This document shows positions 17,242-25,700 of a DNA stretch of 41,499 nt, piece by piece (within the stretch, counting starts at the first letter, position 1; each line of letters opens with the position of its first letter). The notes under the pieces are model-generated. The model saw nothing but the letters and a program-made list of their open reading frames with translations. It made no database searches and was not told where the DNA came from. A program made the position numbers and the translations under genes. Source of the DNA: a virus (lineage: Duplodnaviria; Caudoviricetes); IMG/VR virus record IMGVR_UViG_3300037761_000056, positions 1-41,499 of that record; one strand, 5' to 3'.

Positions 17242-18836
17242 TGGCTAGGCCCATGTCGATGCGCTCAGGTGGGATGGCGATGCTCACCGCACCGCCTGAT
17301 CCATCCAAGTTGGTACGGACAGTCCCTTATGGGCTCCCCCCAGGCGGTATGAACACCTCCCTGCGCCTCAACATGATGCAGCCCTCAGTGGCTAGGCTTG
17401 TGCGTAATTTGGCCATTAGGGATGAGTCGTACTTGGCTCGTCCGGGGACAAAGGTGCTTGGCGCAGCCGCGGATGAGTTCCTCTTGTATGCCACTGACAT
17501 TGCACGCCTTAATGGAACGAGGAAGCTTGTAAGGATTCACCTGGAAGGGGTGGATGTGCTTACGGGCTCAGCGTGGGTTGCTGCCGTAGGCGCGGCGCTG
17601 GGGCTGGCAGAGTCTGATGTGATCTCCACAGTGGGTTGGGCAGACACCCTCCTGTTCACGTACGGAAGAGATGGCTTGTGGGAGATCGACCTTGCGGCGG
17701 ACACTTATGCCCTGCTTGCCAATACGCCAACGGAAGCTATTCACCTGACGGCGTTTGGTGTGCGCGTGGTTGCTTCTCAACGGGATGGGATATATTGGTC
17801 AGTGAGGGCTGACTCGACGGATTGGTTAGGGATTGGGAGTGGGTTTGAGGACCTTCGGTCTGCTCCTGGTGGGGTGCAGGATCAGCAGACTGCGGTGATT
17901 CCTGTGACTGACGATACAGCGCTTGCCATCAGGACGGACTCGGTGTGGATGATGAGGACGACGGGGGACTTTGATGCTCCGTTTGGGTTCACGTTGCTCC
18001 GCAGTAGGGTTGGAGGGGAGTGGCCTCAGGCTTGCTGTGCCGTGCCGGGTGGGGCTGCATTTGTATCTCGGGACTCTGTGATTGTGATGACAGGTGGTGG
18101 AGAGATCAATGATGTAGGTGTTCCTATCCGAAGGACACTGTTCCAGTCTCGTGACCTCCAACGTCGAATGCACTTGATCTATGAGTCAGGGGAGAATGAG
18201 CTTAGGCTTTCGGTGCCTGATGGCACCACACTTGGGAAGGTCTATCGTGTGGCGTTGAGTGGAGGGAGGTGGACTGAAGACGTCTACCCATTTGCGGTAC
18301 AGAGCCTTGCCATAACGCGGTTTCAGAATGTGCTCACGATTGATGAGCTCCCCTCTGATCCTATTGATTCCTTGACGGGCTCAATGGATAGCTTGGGAAT
18401 TGAGGGGCAGCTTCCTGGCACCATTTATGCTATGCAGGGGGCTCCTAAGCTCGTGACAAGGGATCGAACGGACTTAGACACGGATGATAACACTCTGGGT
18501 GTAGCTACTCCACGTTCGTTCCGTTACGAGACTGGTTATGTGATGCCAGGCACGACGCTGGATGCGAGTATGGTCCTGCAGGTGATGATTGAGTACGAGT
18601 GCTCCTTTGCTGTTGTGTTGGATATGGAGTACTCTACGGATGGTGGAGTCACTTGGGCACCATACGCGAGTATTGACCTTCCCGCAACGCAGGGCTCGAC
18701 GATTCGTGAGTCTTATGCAGTGATTACTGCCCCCCATATCATGATTGCGCTCACATCAGATGATGCAAAGGACTTACGCATCTTGGGTGTCCCAATTCGC
18801 CTGACGGTGCCTGAGGAGATTGAGAATGCTCGTTGA
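17241..18836 (+). CDS. tail nozzle / DNA stabilisation protein (P22 gp10-like)
   Basis: GGMN start, beta-propeller-like repeats, IYWS...DW, YSTDGGVTW. Confidence 0.75.
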   Translation: MARPMSMRSGGMAMLTAPPDPSKLVRTVPYGLPPGGMNTSLRLNMMQPSVARLVRNLAIRDESYLARPGTKVLGAAADEFLLYATDIARLNGTRKLVRIHLEGVDVLTGSAWVAAVGAALGLAESDVISTVGWADTLLFTYGRDGLWEIDLAADTYALLANTPTEAIHLTAFGVRVVASQRDGIYWSVRADSTDWLGIGSGFEDLRSAPGGVQDQQTAVIPVTDDTALAIRTDSVWMMRTTGDFDAPFGFTLLRSRVGGEWPQACCAVPGGAAFVSRDSVIVMTGGGEINDVGVPIRRTLFQSRDLQRRMHLIYESGENELRLSVPDGTTLGKVYRVALSGGRWTEDVYPFAVQSLAITRFQNVLTIDELPSDPIDSLTGSMDSLGIEGQLPGTIYAMQGAPKLVTRDRTDLDTDDNTLGVATPRSFRYETGYVMPGTTLDASMVLQVMIEYECSFAVVLDMEYSTDGGVTWAPYASIDLPATQGSTIRESYAVITAPHIMIALTSDDAKDLRILGVPIRLTVPEEIENAR

Positions 18837-19122
18837 TCCAGTCATTGGCTCGGGGACCGTGCGGCAGCTCATTCAAGCGTTGGATAACCGTCTTACTATT
18901 GACCACAACTTTCAGGCTCGCTTGGTAGTGGTGGCGGATAGTGGGACAGCTGACACAGACATAGTGATTCCGCACCATTTGGGAAAGGTGCCTGTGGCAT
19001 ACTTCTGGAACATCAGCGAAGCTGGAGTGGTCTATGACGAGGATAGGGCAAATTGGACTATAACGGACATGATAGTGCGGTGCTCAGTGGCGAACGCAGC
19101 GTTGGTGCTGGTGGTTTTTTAG
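18826..19122 (+). CDS. small tail-associated protein
   Basis: LTIDHNF and IPHHLGKVP motifs. Confidence 0.6.
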   Translation: MLVDPVIGSGTVRQLIQALDNRLTIDHNFQARLVVVADSGTADTDIVIPHHLGKVPVAYFWNISEAGVVYDEDRANWTITDMIVRCSVANAALVLVVF

Positions 19123-19616
19123 TCCAGTATGATCGCTGGGTTGTGCGTGAGCTGGAGCTGACAAGGGAGAAGCTCAAGTGGTACTGGGACACATTCACCC
19201 AGTTCCGCTCCCTTGGCATCGACAAGTCGGATGAGGATGACTGTCAAGAGTTCGTTGACAGATTTCTGGGCCGTAAGTATGTGCTATGGGAGATTATGGA
19301 GGACGACAAAGTTGCGGGTCTGTGGGTGTTAGAGAACCCTGCAGGGCCGACGTGCCACTTGCATGCTTACTTCTTTGACCGGAACTTGAGTGAGAAGACT
19401 GCTCTCTCATCTTATCTTGTGAAGATGATCTTCATCTTGTTCGCTATTCATAGGTTGTGCATTACAGTCCCTACAATGTATTTCTCCACTATTCGTCTTG
19501 CACAACGGGTGGGGATGAGGAAGGAGGGTGAGCTGGTGGAGTCTGTGATGCTTAATGGTCGGTGGGCTAACCAAACTGTGCTTGGAATCTTGAGGGAGGA
19601 AGTGCTACATGCCTAA
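19053..19616 (+). CDS. GNAT/RimL-like acetyltransferase (start uncertain)
   Basis: IHRL...TIRLAQRVGMRKEGEL...LNGRW....LGILREE pattern. Confidence 0.75.
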   Translation: MDYNGHDSAVLSGERSVGAGGFLVQYDRWVVRELELTREKLKWYWDTFTQFRSLGIDKSDEDDCQEFVDRFLGRKYVLWEIMEDDKVAGLWVLENPAGPTCHLHAYFFDRNLSEKTALSSYLVKMIFILFAIHRLCITVPTMYFSTIRLAQRVGMRKEGELVESVMLNGRWANQTVLGILREEVLHA

Positions 19617-21435
19617 AGGTCAGAATACGACCACAAGTGGTGTAAACCCAGACATTCAGGGTTTACGGAATAGCATGGTGGGTTATCTGATGGGGCAGGG
19701 AAAGAATAACATGGGACCACCAGAGGCTCAGATAGCTTCGTGGGGAACAGGACAGGTGGGTGGTCAGTCTATGGATATTGGGCAGGGGATGCCCCAGCAA
19801 CAGTCTGGTCCATTGGGTGGGCAGATGATGGGTGATCCGGTGGAACGGATGCGCTCGGCGTTGCCGATGCAGGGGACACCAGAAGGTGGGGGAGGAATGT
19901 TCCAGCAGTACACTGGACCACAAGTGAATAGCCAGCAGCAAGGCGGTGGGCAGGCTCAGCAGCACCAGCAGCAGGGGCAGGCCGCTGGACAAGACATGAG
20001 CTGGATGAATCAGCCTGGGGCGGTTAGCCCACAGTATATGCAGCAAGGTGGGGACCAACCTATGGCTAGTCGTGGTGGGGATGGTCCCCAGCAGTTCATG
20101 GGCGGCATGGTAGATAGCCAGATGGGGATGCCTCAGAGTCGAGCAGGTGACCAAAAGAGAAACATGTTCGGAAGGATGCTGGGTGAGAGAAACATGTTCG
20201 GCGGAAGGACGCTGGGTGATAGACAGCATACAGCAGCTGATCCTATGAGGCAAGCCAAACAACAAGGCCAGCAAGATGCGCAGCAGGGGCAGTTTAATCA
20301 GATGATGCAACGTGGGTTTGCTCAGGAGCCAGGGTTGCCTGGCCAGGTTCAGGTAGGTGGTCCTGCAAACATCCAGCAGTTGGGTCAGGTAGGTGTGAAT
20401 GGTCAGGCACGGGATGTAGGGTTTGGGCAAGGTGCGACTGATGATTTTATGAATCAGTTTGAGCGAGTTAAATCTGGTGCAGTTCGTGGGCAGCAGATTG
20501 ATGCAGGACAGTTCCAAGACCCTAACGCACCTGGATTTGACCGCGGGCAAGTGCGGGATGTCAATGCTCAAGGCACTCAATCTGTAGATCAACTTGGTGG
20601 TGCCAATAGTGCATTCTTTCAAAATATGATGCAACAGCTCCAACCTGCATTTAATCAGCAACGTCAACTGGCTGCTGCCCAAGGCGCAGAATCTGCGGGG
20701 AACTTAACTGGAAGTGGGATGGCTAATCGACTTGGTGGTGCGCTTAACCGTTCGCTTGGGGATGAGCAGGCTCGTCTTGCAGACTATGCTACACAAGGAC
20801 TGGGGATGGAAGTGAACAGGCAGGGTCAGGATGCTGGCCGCAATTTGCAGGGCCAGATGTCTAACCAAGGTGCTGATATTTCGACTATGCAGCAGCTGAT
20901 GGGGAACCAACAGTTTGGTTCTGATCAGCGCTTGCGCGCACTTATGGCTAACCAAGGAACTGATTTGTCTGCACAGCAAGGCAATCAGCAGGCAGGACTC
21001 ACCTCGGGGATGGCTAACCAGGATGCGAGGCTTCGTGCAGCGGGGATGGGCCAACAGGGTGAACTTGCTAACATGGACGCGATGATACGCTCAGGCGGCA
21101 TGAACCAGAATGCTGACTTGGAGCGTATGCGGATGGATATGCAGGGGCAGTTGGCTAACCAGGGAACCGACCTGCAACGGTTGATGGCGAACCAGTCCAC
21201 AGCTGCTGGTCGGGCTGGTCAGCAAGCAACGATGGATCAGCAACGTAACATGGGGATTTATGGGCAGCAGAGTCAGAATGCTTCACAGAACGCACAGAAC
21301 TTCCTCCAAATGCTTATGGGAATGGGGACCACAGGAGTGGGACCACCTCAAACTAACTATCAACCAGGGTTTATGGACTTCCTCGGAGGAATAGGTGGTC
21401 AGCTCGTGGGTGGGTTGGCAGGAGGAGGGTTCTAA
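19609..21435 (+). CDS. Gln/Gly/Met-rich DNA ejection (pilot) protein
   Basis: Low complexity, repeated ANQGxDL units, position after nozzle and GNAT. Confidence 0.65.
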   Translation: MPKGQNTTTSGVNPDIQGLRNSMVGYLMGQGKNNMGPPEAQIASWGTGQVGGQSMDIGQGMPQQQSGPLGGQMMGDPVERMRSALPMQGTPEGGGGMFQQYTGPQVNSQQQGGGQAQQHQQQGQAAGQDMSWMNQPGAVSPQYMQQGGDQPMASRGGDGPQQFMGGMVDSQMGMPQSRAGDQKRNMFGRMLGERNMFGGRTLGDRQHTAADPMRQAKQQGQQDAQQGQFNQMMQRGFAQEPGLPGQVQVGGPANIQQLGQVGVNGQARDVGFGQGATDDFMNQFERVKSGAVRGQQIDAGQFQDPNAPGFDRGQVRDVNAQGTQSVDQLGGANSAFFQNMMQQLQPAFNQQRQLAAAQGAESAGNLTGSGMANRLGGALNRSLGDEQARLADYATQGLGMEVNRQGQDAGRNLQGQMSNQGADISTMQQLMGNQQFGSDQRLRALMANQGTDLSAQQGNQQAGLTSGMANQDARLRAAGMGQQGELANMDAMIRSGGMNQNADLERMRMDMQGQLANQGTDLQRLMANQSTAAGRAGQQATMDQQRNMGIYGQQSQNASQNAQNFLQMLMGMGTTGVGPPQTNYQPGFMDFLGGIGGQLVGGLAGGGF

Positions 21436-21437
21436 TA

Positions 21438-22706
21438 ATGGCCGTAGGCATACAACCAGGGTTCTTCTCCTTCCTTATGGAAGGAACCCAGAAGGGCATT
21501 GAGCAGGGACAGGCTCGGAGGCGCGAGCGCGAAGCGCAGGAGCGCTGGGAGAAGGAGCAGGAGGCTCAAGCCAAGAGGGATGAGCTTAGCCGTAAGCAAA
21601 TTGAGGCTATGCTCTTTCCTACACTTGAGAAGAATCGTATCTTGGGTGAACCTGACCGTCAGGCGAGTGCTGGGATGCCAGGGATGGATAAGATGCCAGA
21701 GGTGACGGTCTCGGGAAGGCCTGGTGGAAAGGACGTGACGTTGTTCACACCTGCCGCTCGTGCTCCCCAGCCGGGGAGGCCTGCTTCAGGGTTGAGTGCG
21801 GTAAGTGAGGAACGCCGCTTGGCGTTGGGCTTACCCACACGAACACAAGTTGCAAAGTCTGAGCAAGAGCGTAATGTGCTGGAGCTTGAGCAACGCTTCC
21901 AAGCTGGGGAGCAGTTGACGCCACAGGAGTTGGAGACCATCAAGCAGGCTACTCCAGAGGCTCGCCAGTTAGAACGAATAACGAGGTTGGAGGCACCTTT
22001 GACTAGCCTTGCAGAACGTTATGTAAAGAATATCATGACGACTACCAAGGGACGCATTAGTGCTAGTCAGTTGGAGCAAATGTCTGGGGAGGCATTTAAT
22101 TCATTTAAGAAGGATCGTCAGCTGGCTATGCTCAATATGACCCCCGATCAAGAACCATATGCCCAGACGTTCTTCTCTCAAGCCATCATGGACGCATTTA
22201 ATGCTCAGGAGGAGATGGACCTCAAGAAGGCTATTGCTGAGGCACAGAAGATTGCTAGAACAGGGCGTACACCAGCACAAATCAGCACAAGCATAAATCA
22301 ACTCACAACACGAATGCAGGCAAGGATTAACAACCTAGATCGAAATGGTATGCTTTCGACTATATCTAAGCTGGATAGTCCTGTTGTTCCTGAGATGATG
22401 CGGACAGCATGGGAAGAGTATCAGAGATTAAATCAAGGACTGAGCACTCTTATGAATGCACAAGCACAATTTAATAACGAGCAGATTAGCTCTGAGGATG
22501 TTTCAGAGCTTCTTGGAAGATTTAGTGCGCTTATGGAAGGTGGAGGTAGTGGCGCGGCGGTTGGTGGACCAGCGCGAGCGCAGGGAGCTGGTCCAGGTGC
22601 GGGTGGAGGCGGAAAGAGTGAAGCATTGCTGGCGTGGGAACAGTATGCAAAGGACTTTGGGGAGGCTGAAGCTAAGTCTGATCTTGGACCCAAGCCCCCA
22701 CGTTGA
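21438..22706 (+). CDS. internal virion/ejection protein
   Basis: Helical, charged, GGAGG RBS. Confidence 0.6.
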   Translation: MAVGIQPGFFSFLMEGTQKGIEQGQARRREREAQERWEKEQEAQAKRDELSRKQIEAMLFPTLEKNRILGEPDRQASAGMPGMDKMPEVTVSGRPGGKDVTLFTPAARAPQPGRPASGLSAVSEERRLALGLPTRTQVAKSEQERNVLELEQRFQAGEQLTPQELETIKQATPEARQLERITRLEAPLTSLAERYVKNIMTTTKGRISASQLEQMSGEAFNSFKKDRQLAMLNMTPDQEPYAQTFFSQAIMDAFNAQEEMDLKKAIAEAQKIARTGRTPAQISTSINQLTTRMQARINNLDRNGMLSTISKLDSPVVPEMMRTAWEEYQRLNQGLSTLMNAQAQFNNEQISSEDVSELLGRFSALMEGGGSGAAVGGPARAQGAGPGAGGGGKSEALLAWEQYAKDFGEAEAKSDLGPKPPR

Positions 22707-25700
22707 TGCCACAGCAAGAGACTCTAGAGCAGCGGCGTAAGAGGGAGGAACGAGAACGCCGTAAGCAGGCTTACCTGCAACAATACGGTGGAGGCACAGA
22801 TGTGGCTACGATGCCTCCACTTGTACGCGCAGCTAGTGAAACATCTGGCATATCTGGTATACAGCAGGATGTGGAACGTAAGCGCCGCAAAGAGGCTTAT
22901 CTCCAGCAATTTGGTGCAGCACAGCCTGATCTTGAGACCGGAAGGGGGAAGGCTCAGGCGGAAGCCCAAAACCTCGCAGAGCAACAGGCGAAGCTGGATA
23001 TTCTCCTTGCTCGTGCTGACATTGATCCAGACCAGCGCACAAGGTTGGAGGAGCTCAAGAAGACCTACGCACCAGCGAGCCTTCTTGGCCGCCGAAAGAC
23101 TGAGGAGCGTCCCGTTGTTGAGAACATAGGAAGGGGTGTAGGTGCTGGGGTGCCCAAGGGTGCGGCGTTTGCTTTTGGTGACCTCCCCGGAGCCATTCTT
23201 AACATTCCTGGCACTCTGGTTCCAGGTATCCCCAAGGTTGGTCAGGGTCTGCGGGACTGGAGCCAAGAAGTCAATGCTACGATGGATGAGGTGTTTGATC
23301 CCCAAGGGATTGGTGGAGCGTTGGGAGACCTGATTGGGCAGGCAGCGGGTGGCTCCATAGGTTATGGGCTGGTGAATGCGAAGGTTGCTGTGCAGATGCT
23401 CAAGGTTCTGCCGAAGGGTGCCTTAAGGACATTGGTGGAGAAGTCTGCCACCGGTAGCATTGGTCAACGAGTGGCGGGACAGGCGGTGATCTCCATCCCA
23501 CTGGATGCCTTCCAAGCGGCGACACTGGAGGACGCAGATGGTTGGCAGAAGCTCCTGCAGTTTGGTGTGGCTCAGAGTGCAGGTGCGATTGGTGCAGCTG
23601 CCATTCCTGCGCCAAAGGTGAAGCCCCCGCCTTCGGCTCGCCCTGTTGATTTGACTGCCCCCAAAGGGGAAGCTCCCTCGCAAGGCACGATGGAGACCAT
23701 CGCGGCTGGGCAAGCCCTTGCGGCGGAACGGAATATCAATGAGGCTGCTAAGGTTGCTTGGAAGAAAGCTAACCCCAAAAAGAAATGGAATGATCTGAAA
23801 AGGGAGGAGCGAGACGCAGTCTACAATGCATATCGTTCTTCGGATGATGGTGCCACCGCTGTTGCACAAATGCAACAGGGCGTGGTGGATGTCCAGAACA
23901 TGCAAATAGAGTTGGAGCTTGCTGGTAAGACTGTACCTAGTACTCCAGCCACACCGGAGGGACAGGCAACAGTCAAGAAGGGTGCTAAGCCATCACCTAC
24001 TGATCGCGATGTCCAAATGGAGTTTGACAGCATCGAGGCCAGCATCTCAAGTGTCCGCACAGCATGGATGGATGCCTTAGATGACCCCACTACAGCTGGG
24101 CGAGCGAAGATTCTCAAGACTCAGCTTGACGCCCTTATGGATTACAGGGAGGATTTGCTGGCTCATGGTGCTGTTGGCAGGAGTTCTGGAGAGCTGACTG
24201 AGGTCCGTAATAAGCAAGGAGATGTAGTGCTCCGGCCGGTCCCAGCAGGGACTCCTGAAACAGGAGCAGCATTCTTTGATCGGACGCTTAAGGAGGCATA
24301 CAAGATTGAGGACTTCGCGGAGCGTCAGGAATATCTGAGGAGTGTACAAGGGAGCGCACCTGATAACAAGTCAGCATTGAATATTACAAGGGAGATCAAT
24401 CGACTGGAGGAGAAGCGGATAGATCAGTTGGTTCAGGAGAATACGATAAGGGGGGAGGAAGTTGATGCATCAGGAAGGCTAACTCCAGAACAACAGACCA
24501 CAGCTAGGGCTGAATCTGAAAAGGTTCTTGGTCCGTTGGTAGAGCAGGCTAAGCCACAAGCAGCTGAGCCCACTACTCATGTCACTGCAGAGCCCGAGAC
24601 CAACCCTCTCCTCCAAACCGACAAGCCCCTCTCCTGGCACCAAGCAAACGCTCGCCAGATGCAAATGGATGAGCTTGATGCCATTGTAACACAGATGAAG
24701 ACGCAGGCGGGGGAGGATGCTCCTGACCACCTCCGTAACATCATTGCAGCGTATAGGGTTGAGCTCAAGCGGATGCAGCAGGGGGCTACCTCGCGTGCGA
24801 TATTGGAAAAGCATGATTTGTCAACCCGGAAATCCCCCAGGACCGCGCCGGAACCCGAAACGGGCCAGCCCCCGTCCATGGGAATTGAATCGCCCCTAGC
24901 CCCATTGCACCGCGCGCAAACGGCATCCACGGTTGAACCACCCAGCCCGACAACGTCGGGAACCGGACTCCGCACTATCCCCGGAATCAAGCCCCTCAGT
25001 GAGTTCACTCGAACCGAGGTCCGCTCCGCAGTCCAGTTAATCAAGGCTAACCTCGCCTCAACAGACGACCTGACGAGGCAGCTTGATCTTGCCCATGACC
25101 TTAAACTCCTTAAGGCTCGACGGGTGGAGCTCAAGGCTGAATCCAAAGCCGCAGGGGCTTCGCCCAAGCCCAAGGCAGTGGAGTCCGGTGACGGCACCAT
25201 GCACTTAGTAGACGAGGGTGGACAACCAATCCTTGGTGACGATGGTCTCCCTGTTCAGGTGCGTAGGGATTTCAACGACCCGGCTTCACCCACTGCTAAC
25301 ACCAAGCCTGTGCTTGGGGAATCCAAGACCACACCGAGTCTTGCTCCTGACGATGGGCGCATACCCAACCCAGAACACTACAAAGCAAAGCCTAAGGCTC
25401 TCTCTGATGCAGACCTCCAGTCCCACATTCGTGATTTGGAGGAGAAGATCGACATACTTGATCCAGTGACTGCGGAAGGGTATGTTAAGCGATTGGACGC
25501 GATGAGGGATGAGCTTATCCGTCGGCAGAATCCCCCACGAACTAATGGCACGATGCTTTACACTCCACCCGAGCTTGGTGGAGCCGTTGCGGGCTACGCC
25601 TTGGGCTTCATGGTGGCGCCTAATGATGAAGTCCGTGGGGAGTGGGCCTTAACAGGTGCGCTGCTGCTTGGTGCTGGTGGATATGGAGTGCGGAAGTATA

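Noticed and set aside
20158-20220. Tandem duplication RNMFGRMLGE/RNMFGGRTLGD as a DGR or regulatory repeat
   Set aside because: Ordinary in-frame duplication in a low-complexity protein; no reverse transcriptase present.
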